Position numbers and translations under genes: made by a program
The notes under the pieces: generated by a model
What the model was told of the DNA's origin: nothing
Database searches by the model: none
What the model saw: only the letters and a program-made list of their open reading frames with translations
Shown: positions 8,772 to 17,465 of the stretch, piece after piece
Layout of the letters: each line of letters opens with the position of its first letter
Position numbering within the stretch: position 1 is the first letter of the stretch
Origin: Polyangiales bacterium
GTDB taxonomy: Bacteria; Myxococcota_A; Polyangia; Polyangiales; Houyiibacteriaceae
Reading direction: 5' to 3'
Length of the DNA stretch: 44,983 nucleotides
Assembly (NCBI GenBank): GCA_041581895.1
Contig: JBFICQ010000001.1
Span: forward strand, 1-44,983

Positions 8772-8800
8772 TTGACGCCTTCGACGAAGCCGGCGAGATT
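8772..8800 (+). promoter_or_regulatory. sigma-70-like promoter of lgt (geometry predicts a leaderless mRNA)
   Basis: TTGACG (8772-8777), a 17-nt spacer, GAGATT (8795-8800), then 7 nt to the ATG at 8808. There is no Shine-Dalgarno sequence in between. Confidence 0.35.
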
Positions 8801-8807
8801 CCGCCCG

Positions 8808-9812
8808 ATGCACCCGATTCTCTTCACCATTCCGACGCCATGGGGGGCGATCCCGATCTACTCCTACGGCGTCATGTTGGGAAGCAGCCTTCTCTTCGCC
8901 TGGTACTTCCTGATGTACGTCGGCAAGCGTGTCGAGAACTTCGACCGTGAACTTCTCGCAAGCTGCTTCACCTGGACGGCGGTTGGTGCGATCGTCGGCG
9001 CTCGCCTGCTCTACGTCTTCACCAATCTCGACTCGTTCGACAGCTTTGCGTCGTGGTTCGACCTGCGGTCGGGCGGCCTGGTCGCCTACGGAGGCTTTCT
9101 GGGCGGCTTTCTTACGGCCTGGGGTTTTTGGCGAATGAGAAAGATGTCTCTTCTCCCGTTTGCCGACCTCGCCGTTCCCACGCTCGGGTCGGGTCTGATG
9201 TTGACCCGCATCGGCTGCTATCTCTACGGATGCGACTATGGCCGACCTCTAGGCGCGGACGCACCGGGCTGGCTCGCTCGCGCCGGCACGTTTCCAAAAT
9301 GGGATAGTGAAGCGTTTCCGGCGTTCGCCTGCGACGGCACCATCTCGGGCGCTCCGGCGTACCGGCACCATCTCGAGCTCTACCCCGACGAGATGATTGA
9401 CCGCGTCGCCTCTCTTCCGGTCCACCCGACCCAGATCTACGAATCGACTGCGGGGCTCTTACTGTTCGTCTTTTCGGTCTGGTTGCTTTTCAATCGAAAG
9501 TTTCGCGGACAGGTTTTCCTGTCGGTCGCCGGGCTCTACGCGCTTTGGCGATTTCTGATCGAATACCTTCGGGACGACCCAGAGCGAGGGTTTGCGTTTG
9601 GGTTTTCGACGTCACAGCTGATTTCGCTCGCGGTGATTCCGCTGTGCATCATCGCCTACGTGCACCTCAAGAAGCGCGCGGCCGAGGTCGGTGACGTTCA
9701 GCTACCCGAGTGGGCCCTAGACACTTCTTCGAAAGCCGTGACCACACCCGAGCCCGATACCGACGACAGGCCGGCCAAATACCGACCAAAGAAGGTCAAA
9801 AAGAAGAAGTAG
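8808..9812 (+). CDS. lgt: prolipoprotein diacylglyceryl transferase
   Basis: MHPILFTIPTPWGAIPIYSYGVMLG, GGLVAYGGFLGG, RIGCYLYGCDYGRP and HPTQIYES are Lgt hallmarks. The tail is Lys-rich. The longest ORF (TTG at 8754) adds 18 unlikely residues. Confidence 0.9.
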   Translation: MHPILFTIPTPWGAIPIYSYGVMLGSSLLFAWYFLMYVGKRVENFDRELLASCFTWTAVGAIVGARLLYVFTNLDSFDSFASWFDLRSGGLVAYGGFLGGFLTAWGFWRMRKMSLLPFADLAVPTLGSGLMLTRIGCYLYGCDYGRPLGADAPGWLARAGTFPKWDSEAFPAFACDGTISGAPAYRHHLELYPDEMIDRVASLPVHPTQIYESTAGLLLFVFSVWLLFNRKFRGQVFLSVAGLYALWRFLIEYLRDDPERGFAFGFSTSQLISLAVIPLCIIAYVHLKKRAAEVGDVQLPEWALDTSSKAVTTPEPDTDDRPAKYRPKKVKKKK

Positions 9813-9813
9813 G

Positions 9814-10731
9814 CTAGCGCGTTGCGCTTTGCTTCGCGCGATTGAAGACGTCGAGCACGCGTGGGGAGGTCCGCACGCTGTCTAGCTCCAGGTTTGGTTG
9901 AAGCGAGAGCGCGGTTCGGAAGGAGGCTTCGGCTAGGTCGACCCGCTCGAGCGCGACATAAGCCACTGCGAGCTCTTTTTGAATAGTCACCGTTTGCGAT
10001 GAGGTCAGGCGCTGCATCCCGAGCATTCGATTTGCAAGGGAGACGGCTTCTTCGAACTGTCCCGTCTGCACTTGCGCGATCAGATCGGGGAGCAAGCTCT
10101 CGACCTCTTGTTGAATGGCGCCCGACTCGCCGCCCCCCGAAGCCTGGGAAAACGCCTCATTAGCCTGGCTTCGGCCGTCGCCCGCAAGCCGCAGATCGAA
10201 GAGCGGAACCAAGACGATCCGACCGCGCTCGATTCGCGCGCCAGGGTTGAATCGACGCAGCCGCTTCAAGGCCTGGCTCTCCTCTCCCATGTAGAGCTTT
10301 GCGATCTTCGCAAGGGTCTCGCCGGGCGCTACGACGTGGCGCAGCGGATACGGGACCAAAAGCTCGGCCCCCTCGTCGGGCTCGGCGCGACGGGTCGCAC
10401 TGTTGGCGTCGATCAACGTGCTCGCGCGCTCTTCGCTGCCATAGAGCTTGGCGGCGATCGATCGCCAGGTGTCGTCCTCGCGCACTCGATAGAATGCCAC
10501 CGTCGGAATGAAGACCCAGCTCCCCGGAACCAGTACCGCTGAGTCGTTGCCTCGCAGGCGATTCGCTTCTCGGAGCACGCTCTCACGCGTGGGATCGCCG
10601 TAGTAGCGCTCTGCGATCGATGCGAGGGTATCGCCATCTTGAACCGGGTGCGTGTAGACGGCCTGCGCCCCCGCGACCGATGCCATCCCGAGCCCGCCGA
10701 GGACGATCAATGGAAGAAACGCACCTCTCAT
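9814..10731 (-). CDS. secreted protein with three LysM repeats and a TPR-like C-terminal region
   Basis: Signal peptide MRGAFLPLIVLGGLGMASVAGAQA. LysM units are YTHPVQDGDTLASIAERYYGD.., YRVREDDTWRSIAAKLYGS.. and HVVAPGETLAKIAKLYMGE... The ATG (10731-10729) overlaps the kinase stop as ATGA. The 502-aa ORF in the track is an upstream read-through of this frame. Confidence 0.85.
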   Translation of the reverse strand: MRGAFLPLIVLGGLGMASVAGAQAVYTHPVQDGDTLASIAERYYGDPTRESVLREANRLRGNDSAVLVPGSWVFIPTVAFYRVREDDTWRSIAAKLYGSEERASTLIDANSATRRAEPDEGAELLVPYPLRHVVAPGETLAKIAKLYMGEESQALKRLRRFNPGARIERGRIVLVPLFDLRLAGDGRSQANEAFSQASGGGESGAIQQEVESLLPDLIAQVQTGQFEEAVSLANRMLGMQRLTSSQTVTIQKELAVAYVALERVDLAEASFRTALSLQPNLELDSVRTSPRVLDVFNRAKQSATR

Positions 10732-12053
10732 GGCGAACCGCTTTCTTCGGCGGTCGTGATCTGCTCCGTCAACGTCGCTCGATCGTGCAAGGTGTCTCCA
10801 GCTTCGATGAGCACCTCGTGCTCGACCGGCACGAAGTATGGATTGACGTATTTCACGTAGTGCCGGCCGGGTTTGAGTGGGATGGCCCGCGCTGCAGGTG
10901 TCGTCAGCACACGCTCGCCGTCGACGTGGACGTGGGCCCAAGGATCGGCGCTCACCTTGAGGTACCCCGCGTTGGCGGGGGTGACGAAACCCGGGCCTCC
11001 GCCCACCGTGGGCCCCGACCAGCGACCGCTCGCCGCTTGGACGGTGAGGCCGGAGGCCAGAAGCGCCAGCAACACCCATGCCTGTTTCTTGGCGATTGCC
11101 CAAAGGAAATTGCCGTTGCGCCGGCTCGCGCGAAGAACGCGAGGGGCTACCGTCGAAAGGACTTCGTCGGTCTGCTCGCTGGTCATGATGCCGACTTCGT
11201 GAAGGAACATGACGAGCCTGGCGCTGTGGTTCATCGGGACCCGGGGCGCGAGAAATTCCGTGAGATCGTCGATCAGGGCCTGGGTGGTCGGATAGCGATT
11301 GGCCGGCATTTTTTGAAGGCAACGAGCCATGATCCGGTCGAGTTTGCGCGGCACGTCCACTCCGAGCTTCTTGAAGGGCTCGTAGCGATCGAGACGGATC
11401 TTCTGCATGACCGTACGCGACTCGTCCTCGACGAAAGGCTTGCGGCCGGTGAGCATTTGATAGAGCACGATCCCAACGGAGAAAATGTCACTCCGAAAAT
11501 CGATCTTGTCGCCGAGAATCTGCTCTGGGCTCATGTAGCTGGGCGTGCCAAGCCCGGTACCCGTCTCCGTGAGATCGCCGAAACGCTCGTGCCGGGCGAT
11601 CCCAAAGTCCATGAGCTTCACGTCGCCCTGCATCGATATCATGATGTTGGCCGGCTTGATGTCACGGTGAATGATGCCGCGAAAGTGTGCGTAGTCGAGG
11701 CCACGCGCGAGTTGGAGCGTGATGATCGCAGCGATGTCGGCCGGGAGGCGTGGCGAACGGTCGAGGAGATCGTAGAGGTCGATCCCGTCGACGTACTCCA
11801 TGATGATGAACATCGAGCGGCCGTCTTTGAGAAAGTCGATGACGTGCAGGATGTTCTCGTGTTGAAGCGAGGCCATGAAGTGGGCCTCGCGCTCGAACCG
11901 TTCGGCGAACTGGCTATCGATCGCGATCGAAGGTTTGAGCGCTTTGATCGCAACGCGGCGATTTAGCGGCTCTTGGATCGCCTCGTAGACGACCGCCATG
12001 CCTCCGCTTCCAATTTCGCCAAGAACGCGACAGGTTCCGATGCGTTCGACCAT
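10728..12053 (-). CDS. Hanks-type serine/threonine protein kinase with one TM helix and an extracytoplasmic PEGA-like domain
   Basis: GSGGMAVVYEA..VAIKALK, HRDIKPANIM, DFGIA and GTPSYMSPEQ. TM segment WVLLALLASGLTV. C-terminus GYLKVSADPWAHVHVDGERV..LKPGRHYVKYVNP. Confidence 0.95.
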   Translation of the reverse strand: MVERIGTCRVLGEIGSGGMAVVYEAIQEPLNRRVAIKALKPSIAIDSQFAERFEREAHFMASLQHENILHVIDFLKDGRSMFIIMEYVDGIDLYDLLDRSPRLPADIAAIITLQLARGLDYAHFRGIIHRDIKPANIMISMQGDVKLMDFGIARHERFGDLTETGTGLGTPSYMSPEQILGDKIDFRSDIFSVGIVLYQMLTGRKPFVEDESRTVMQKIRLDRYEPFKKLGVDVPRKLDRIMARCLQKMPANRYPTTQALIDDLTEFLAPRVPMNHSARLVMFLHEVGIMTSEQTDEVLSTVAPRVLRASRRNGNFLWAIAKKQAWVLLALLASGLTVQAASGRWSGPTVGGGPGFVTPANAGYLKVSADPWAHVHVDGERVLTTPAARAIPLKPGRHYVKYVNPYFVPVEHEVLIEAGDTLHDRATLTEQITTAEESGSP

Positions 12054-12136
12054 CGCGATCCATCAGCCTAGGCAGGGGGTCCAGCGGTGTCAACGAGCCC
12101 TAAAACTTAGGCGAAAACCGACACTTAGGGCGGAAA

Positions 12137-13147
12137 TCACGGAGCGAGACAAAGCCCTCGCTCGACGTGGTCAATACCGCCCCTGCCGTCGCGGATCACG
12201 AAGTTGAAACGCACAACACTTCCGCTTGCGGGTGGAAAGCTCGGGGGCGCCCACTGGATCGTTGCGGAGCGCGCGGGGTCGGCGATGAAGGAGAAGCTAT
12301 CCTCGAAGGCTCCGCCGTCGCCGAGCCAGCTCACTTGCATCTCTTCGGTGATGAACACGTCGTCGACGACATACTGCTGGAAGCTCTGATTGGTAGCCTC
12401 GAGCTCGATGATCGAGATCGAGCCGTCGGCCCGGGGTAAGACCGAGGGATCGGCGACGAGGTCGACGCAATTGGCGTCGGGCTGGTCGCGCGGCACCCCC
12501 TGGTCGAAGGGAGGTGGCCAGGGGGCGCCGTTGAGGGTCACGTCTTCGATGACGGGATTGAGATTCGGGTCTTCCGGCTGCGTTTCGATTGGAACCTCCA
12601 CCGTGATGAACCGGCCTTGGTCTTCGGGGTCTTGGCACGGCTCGAGCGTTTGGATTTCGCCCGCCGCGACGCGCAGGATCGCGTCGAGATCCGCCGGCTC
12701 CCCGTCCGCACAAACGGCGCCCTGCAGCACGACGCTACTGGCCTCCGCTGCGTCGAGCGCCTCGGCACTCGGGACTTGAAAACGCACGACTGGAAATGCC
12801 AAAGGATCGGCGGGCGGTGTCTCAATGCAGCCCTCGCACGAGATCTGGGTCCGGCAGATCGGCTCTTCCCGCATCGAAGCCACGGGAATGCAGGCGACGA
12901 GCCTCCATTGAAGTGGCGGGGGGCTCAGCGGTGGAGGCGCGGGGGGCTCGGTCGGCGGGAAGCCGCGGTCGATCACGATGTTCGACACTTGGATGATGTC
13001 ACCGGGGACTGGGTTGGCGCGCCCTGGGTTGCCTTCTACGTCGACGCGGGCGCCGATGACGCGAAGATCGACGACCGCCGAAGGTGGAAGGAAGCTTTCC
13101 GCGCACGCAGCCACGAACAGCACAGCAACGATCAGGCGAAGCTTCAT
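12137..13147 (-). CDS. lipoprotein, unknown function
   Basis: MKLRLIVAVLFVAAC is a lipobox signal. The body is Cys- and Pro-rich. Its ATG overlaps the upstream barrel gene's stop as ATGA (13144-13147). Confidence 0.7.
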   Translation of the reverse strand: MKLRLIVAVLFVAACAESFLPPSAVVDLRVIGARVDVEGNPGRANPVPGDIIQVSNIVIDRGFPPTEPPAPPPLSPPPLQWRLVACIPVASMREEPICRTQISCEGCIETPPADPLAFPVVRFQVPSAEALDAAEASSVVLQGAVCADGEPADLDAILRVAAGEIQTLEPCQDPEDQGRFITVEVPIETQPEDPNLNPVIEDVTLNGAPWPPPFDQGVPRDQPDANCVDLVADPSVLPRADGSISIIELEATNQSFQQYVVDDVFITEEMQVSWLGDGGAFEDSFSFIADPARSATIQWAPPSFPPASGSVVRFNFVIRDGRGGIDHVERGLCLAP

Positions 13148-15732
13148 AGAGTGCCCCTCACTCCCAGGGAGGGGATGATTGGAAGTCCGAGAAGAGGCGT
13201 GCTCTGGCTGAAGTCGTAGTTGTAGATAAGGCCCTCTTGATTCTGTCGATTATAGGCGTTTCGAATGTCGAGAAAGAGCGCAAGCTTCCACTTGCTGAAG
13301 ATCCATTCTTTTTGCACCCGAAGATCGAGCTGATTGAAGAGCGGGTTTCGGATGCTGTTGATCCGCCCGTCGATTGGGATGTAGATGTCGCTCAACGCGT
13401 CGTAGACCGACCCGACGACGGGAGTATTTGGATTGCCACTCACGAGCCGGAACAGAGCTCCAATCTCCCAATTGCGTCGAAACTTGTAGACGAACGAAGC
13501 GCTCAAAACGTGCGTCTGATCGAAATCGAAAAGACGCCAAGGCTGGTTCGGGCCATCCTTGCGCTCGCTTCGGGAGATCGTGTACGAGAGGAAACCGAAA
13601 TACTGCCGTCCCTTGGGAGGGCGGATGCTGATCAGGAACTCGCCGCCGTAGATCCGGCCGATGCCTCCGGTGACGAAGAACGGTGCTTCGCCCGTTGGTG
13701 TCGGCACCGGTCTATCCCAAAGGTACTTGTAGAACCCTTCGACATCGAAGGTCACGCCGGGAAACGCATCGTACTCCCAGCCGGCGCCGACATGCACCGC
13801 ATGGATCGGGTCGAGATTCGGGTTGCCGATACTCGGATCGGACTCCTGAAACTCCGGCGGCTGGCTGTAGATGCCGAGGCCGAGCTTTACCCGCATGTCG
13901 GGGCGCACGGTGAAGATCGTGGTCGCTCGCGGGTCGAACGAGAATTCTTCGATTTCGCTGAAGTAATCGAGGCGCAGTCCGAGTACGAGACGGGTGAACT
14001 TGCCGAGGTTCAGACCAGACTCGAGATAGAGCCCAGGTCGAAACACCACCGTGTCCACCAGTGCGGTGACCTGATCTTCGACTGCAAGAGAGCCCTGTTG
14101 GCTACCCGCGCCCTCCGAGGGACCAGGCGGTGGCCCCTGGAAGAAAAGATCGACTGGAGTGAGCGACAGGTCAGCGCCGGCGATGAGCTGTACGCGCTCG
14201 TTGAGCTGATGACGCCATTCCGCTCGCGAATAGGTTTGAAGGAACTGACCCTGAAGCTGGAAGGCATCGCCGATCCCGAAGTCGATGTTGATCGGGCCGA
14301 TCTCGAACGCGATCGATTGCTCGGTCTTGTCGCTGATGCGTCGGGCCCAGTCGATCTGGTTGTTGTAGAAGCGCGTCGCGAAGTTCCCCTCGCCGCGGAT
14401 CGTGGGGTCGTCGCCCGCGGCCTCCTCGAAGAGGAGAGCGAGTCGGTCGTTGGAGCCATAGGCCGAGAAGCGCACGCGGTCGCGTTTGGTGGGGCGATAG
14501 ACCAGCTTTAGTTGGTAGTCGTAGTAGACAGGTGCCTGCCGCACGCCGATGTCGGCATCGTCCGGGATGAAGAGAGGAAAGACCAGGTCGATCAGGCTCC
14601 GTCGAAAGCCACCCGAGATGCTCACCTTGTCGCTGATCGGGCCTTCGGCCGTGATGAAGGTGTCGATGAACGAAAACTCCGCAATGCCGTGAAGCTTGTC
14701 GATCTGGGGATCACGGGTGGTCACCTCGAGAATGCCGCCGGTGCGTCGTCCATACCGCGCCGAGAAGTTCCCGGGGTAGAAGTCGATCTGTTCGAGTAGA
14801 TAGGAGTTGTAGACGCTGATGATGCCGCCGAAGTGGTAGATCAACGGCACGGGGATCCCGTCGATGAACGTTTCGCTGTCCGTGGGTGCCGAGCCACGAA
14901 TGATCAGCAGGCCGAGCCCAAAGGGGGCGCGCGCCACGCCAGGGAGAAGCTCTACGGCACGAAGGGCGTCGCCCCGAGTGCCTGGGATTCGTGTCAGCTC
15001 CTCTTTGTCGATGGTACGTCTCACGACCTCGCGTGGGGGAGCATCGACCACAGCAGTTGCACCAAACCCGGTGTAGGCTTTCTTTTTGGCGCCACCGAGT
15101 CGATAGATGACCTCGGTCACCTCCCCGGCAACGATCACTTCTTCGGCGGTCAAATCGCCGAACTCGGCCCCCAGAATGTTGATCGTGTAGGTGCCCGGCA
15201 AGAGGTCGGTGATGACGAACGTGCCATCGGGGCCTGCGACCAAATCGCGAACGAGCTTGCCCTGCTCGTCGAGCACCTCGACCCCTACCTGCCCGGCGGG
15301 TTTGTCGTTTTCGGCGAGCCGCACCGCGCCCGAGAGCCAGCCCTGGTTGACTGGGACGGGTGGGATCTTCATCTCGAACACGTAGCGATATCGAATGCGC
15401 GAGGCTATCGGCTCCCAGTCTTGGCGCGCAGGCTCGAAAAGGAACTGCCTCGCCGCCGAAAGCGCAGCAGTGTCGAAGGCCTCGCCCCCCGACTTCGCGA
15501 TCAACGCCTCCGTCACCGAGCCAGCCTTGTCGATGGTGAGCAGGAGCTCGACGACGACCTCTTCTCGAGGCTCGTCGCCGGTGGCCGGATAGGCGGCCTC
15601 GACGAAGCGAATCAGCCTGGGCGGGGTCACGAGCGGCTTGTCGGCCTCGGAGTCGGCCTCCGGGGCACGCTGCGCCCACGCGCCGTTTGCGAGCGCACTC
15701 ACCAGGATCAGCACACCCGCGAAACGAAGCAC
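13144..15732 (-). CDS. TonB-dependent-receptor-like outer membrane protein with N-terminal TonB_C-like and carboxypeptidase-regulatory-like domains
   Basis: Signal peptide MLRFAGVLILVSALANGAWA. TonB C-terminal-like block FVEAAYPATGDEPREEVVVELLLTIDKAGSVTEALIAKSGGEAFDTAALSAARQFLFEPA. CarboxypepD_reg-like block GAVRL..GVEVLDEQGKL..PDGTFVITDLLPGTYTINI. Plug-like block LTRIPGTRGDALRAVELLPGV, followed by about 550 aa of alternating beta-strand pattern. Confidence 0.85.
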   Translation of the reverse strand: MLRFAGVLILVSALANGAWAQRAPEADSEADKPLVTPPRLIRFVEAAYPATGDEPREEVVVELLLTIDKAGSVTEALIAKSGGEAFDTAALSAARQFLFEPARQDWEPIASRIRYRYVFEMKIPPVPVNQGWLSGAVRLAENDKPAGQVGVEVLDEQGKLVRDLVAGPDGTFVITDLLPGTYTINILGAEFGDLTAEEVIVAGEVTEVIYRLGGAKKKAYTGFGATAVVDAPPREVVRRTIDKEELTRIPGTRGDALRAVELLPGVARAPFGLGLLIIRGSAPTDSETFIDGIPVPLIYHFGGIISVYNSYLLEQIDFYPGNFSARYGRRTGGILEVTTRDPQIDKLHGIAEFSFIDTFITAEGPISDKVSISGGFRRSLIDLVFPLFIPDDADIGVRQAPVYYDYQLKLVYRPTKRDRVRFSAYGSNDRLALLFEEAAGDDPTIRGEGNFATRFYNNQIDWARRISDKTEQSIAFEIGPINIDFGIGDAFQLQGQFLQTYSRAEWRHQLNERVQLIAGADLSLTPVDLFFQGPPPGPSEGAGSQQGSLAVEDQVTALVDTVVFRPGLYLESGLNLGKFTRLVLGLRLDYFSEIEEFSFDPRATTIFTVRPDMRVKLGLGIYSQPPEFQESDPSIGNPNLDPIHAVHVGAGWEYDAFPGVTFDVEGFYKYLWDRPVPTPTGEAPFFVTGGIGRIYGGEFLISIRPPKGRQYFGFLSYTISRSERKDGPNQPWRLFDFDQTHVLSASFVYKFRRNWEIGALFRLVSGNPNTPVVGSVYDALSDIYIPIDGRINSIRNPLFNQLDLRVQKEWIFSKWKLALFLDIRNAYNRQNQEGLIYNYDFSQSTPLLGLPIIPSLGVRGTL

Positions 15733-15842
15733 CCTTGCAGCATACGGAAGGCAAAGAACCCGGACAAATCGATCGCAAGTCGTGATAGCGTGGCGCCGCC
15801 ATCCATTCTTCTACGCTTCGAACCACTTCTCTTCTCATCTCG

Positions 15843-16049
15843 TTGGTCGTCGGACTTTTGGGCTGCGGAGACGACGCAGCACCGGCCCAAGCTTGCGCGG
15901 AGGCCGTCCCAGCGGCAGCGACGTTGTGCACGACCGAGGTCAGCGCTGCCATTCGCACCTGCTACATGGAGACCAACGCTCCGTGCGCGGCGGACGACGC
16001 GGACGTCGCGAGCGCCCTCAGCGCCCTCGAGCAGAGCGAACGGCTTTGA
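15843..16049 (+). CDS. possible small Cys-rich lipoprotein (weak call)
   Basis: TTG start, LVVGLLGC lipobox-like N-terminus, five further Cys residues and high third-position GC. However, the signal has no basic n-region, and the ORF overlaps the 3' end of the convergent gene by about 30 nt. Confidence 0.3.
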   Translation: MVVGLLGCGDDAAPAQACAEAVPAAATLCTTEVSAAIRTCYMETNAPCAADDADVASALSALEQSERL

Positions 16050-16374
16050 GCCACCCGCCGGTCAGCACATACATCGGAAACCGATAGAACTGCTCGGAAA
16101 GGATCCGCTTTGCAAAGTCCCCCGGCCCATCGAATGGAAGCGAGGGATTCGGCTCGCGATTGTGACCGATGCGTTGAAGCACCAGCGAAACTCCGATCGC
16201 CCCGAGCCCAAACAGCGCCCCGACCCAACGCCCCGCGAGAACCCCGCTCAGAACGAGCCAGGCGCCATAGATGAACGCGGGGACCGCGACGATGTGGATC
16301 AGCATATTGCCCCGGTCCTGGTGAAAATGGGCGTAGTCCTGATCCATGCCCCGAGCATACACCGAGCGGCCCAT
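16018..16374 (-). CDS. Mpo1-like (DUF962) small membrane protein
   Basis: HQDRGNMLIHIVAVPAF and QRIGHNREPNPSLP resemble the H..N...H..G.P and GH..E..P motifs of DUF962, with two or three hydrophobic helices. The Met at 16347 is an alternative start. Confidence 0.6.
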   Translation of the reverse strand: MGRSVYARGMDQDYAHFHQDRGNMLIHIVAVPAFIYGAWLVLSGVLAGRWVGALFGLGAIGVSLVLQRIGHNREPNPSLPFDGPGDFAKRILSEQFYRFPMYVLTGGWLKAVRSARGR

Positions 16375-16491
16375 ATTAGAAGGCCCCGGCTGCAGTGATT
16401 GCAGCGCAAATGTCTCGAGATCGTGATTCGTCTGCGGCGGCTGCGGGTCGGTTGGGAAGGCCTGCGGATGTGACGCCGGGTCGTCGCGGGT

Positions 16492-16509
16492 CTGTCACAC
16501 GACTGTCAC
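16492..16509 (+). promoter_or_regulatory. Pho box upstream of pstS
   Basis: CTGTCAC-ACGA-CTGTCAC is two perfect 7-bp direct repeats with 11-bp periodicity, close to the E. coli consensus CTGTCAT-A(A/T)A(T/A)-CTGTCA(C/T). It lies 38 nt upstream of the pstS TTG start. GGAG is at 16536-16539. Confidence 0.75.
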
Positions 16510-16546
16510 ATCGAGGCCGCAGAGTCGGGTCGATTGGAGTAAAGCA

Positions 16547-17461
16547 TTGAAAAAAGCGAGTCAAAAACACTGGGGCCTTATCGTCGCGATCGCGCTCGTG
16601 GCGACTGCATGCACTTCGCGCCGAAGCGAGCCAGGCGATGAAAGCTCGACTGGCGCCGCGCCGTCGAAGGCGAGCTCGACCCTGACGATCAAGGGCTCGG
16701 ACACGATGGTGATTCTCGCTCAGAACTGGGCACAAGCCTTCATGAAGGCGAACCCGGGGAGGGTCGTTCAAGTGTCGGGCGGTGGCTCGGGCACCGGCGT
16801 TGCCGCGTTGATCAACGGCACGGCGGATCTCGCGAACGCGAGCCGGCCCATGAAAGACAAAGAAAAGAAGAAGCTCCGAGACCGTCGCGGTGCCGAGGCG
16901 AAGGAGTTCCGAGTCGCCCTCGATGCGCTCGCGGTATACGTGTCGGCCGATAACCCGATCGACTCGCTGACCATCTCCCAGTTGAAGAAGATTTTCCGAG
17001 GCCAAACCACGAACTGGAAAGACGTCGGAGGTGCGGACCGGGCTATCGTCCTCTACAGCCGCGAAAACAACTCGGGAACTTACGCTTACTTCAAGGAGCA
17101 CGTTCTCGACAACGAAGACTTTGCGGCGACGGCACAGACCCTCCCAGGCACCGCAGCGGTGATCAATGCCGTGAGCAAGGACAAGGCTGGCATTGGATAC
17201 GGCGGAATTGGCTATTCGGAGGGGGTCCGCACCGTCAACGTTGCAACGGCAGATGGCGATCCGGTCGAGCCAAACATGGCGAACGCGACGAGCGGAAAGT
17301 ACCCGCTATCGCGTTTTCTGAACGTCTACAGCGTGGGCGAGCCTTCCGGAGTCGCTAAGGAATACTTGGATTTCATCCTGTCGAGTGATGGCCAGAAGGT
17401 TGTCGAGGGGGTCGGCTATTATCCGCTTCCGACGGAAGCAACCGCGGCATCGAGTGACTGA
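16547..17461 (+). CDS. pstS: phosphate ABC transporter substrate-binding lipoprotein
   Basis: Lipobox LVATAC. GSDTMVILAQNWAQAF..VSGGGSGTGVAALINGTADLANASRPMK is the PstS-family core. Confidence 0.95.
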   Translation: MKKASQKHWGLIVAIALVATACTSRRSEPGDESSTGAAPSKASSTLTIKGSDTMVILAQNWAQAFMKANPGRVVQVSGGGSGTGVAALINGTADLANASRPMKDKEKKKLRDRRGAEAKEFRVALDALAVYVSADNPIDSLTISQLKKIFRGQTTNWKDVGGADRAIVLYSRENNSGTYAYFKEHVLDNEDFAATAQTLPGTAAVINAVSKDKAGIGYGGIGYSEGVRTVNVATADGDPVEPNMANATSGKYPLSRFLNVYSVGEPSGVAKEYLDFILSSDGQKVVEGVGYYPLPTEATAASSD

Positions 17462-17465
17462 TCAC

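Noticed and set aside
9810-9816. Convergent genes separated by only 1-2 nt (lgt/LysM at 9812/9814, cls/DUF2064 at 36918/36921), which could suggest mis-annotation
   Set aside because: Both partners of each pair have solid family motifs right up to their stops. Tight convergent packing without terminators is common in compact high-GC genomes, so it is not evidence of anything unusual here.
9814-11322. The 502-aa ORF as one protein
   Set aside because: The first 197 codons overlap the kinase gene out of frame and are Arg/Pro/Ser-rich. A proper signal peptide begins at the internal Met (10731), whose ATG overlaps the kinase stop. I therefore trimmed it to 9814..10731.
14833-16398. Very long ORFs antisense to, or out of frame with, confidently identified genes. 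Examples: 14833..16398 (+), 14711..15958 (-), 13237..14511 (+), 10620..11966 (+), 38648..40408 (-), 42536..43879 (-), 31646..32965 (+), 25556..26563 (-), 2082..3149 (-) and 16376..17101 (-).
   Set aside because: These are typical high-GC shadow ORFs. They have Arg/Ala/Pro/Gly-rich low-complexity translations and no recognisable motifs. Each one fully overlaps a gene with clear family signatures (the TonB-like barrel, kinase, rimO, aspS, PiT, xseA or pstS).
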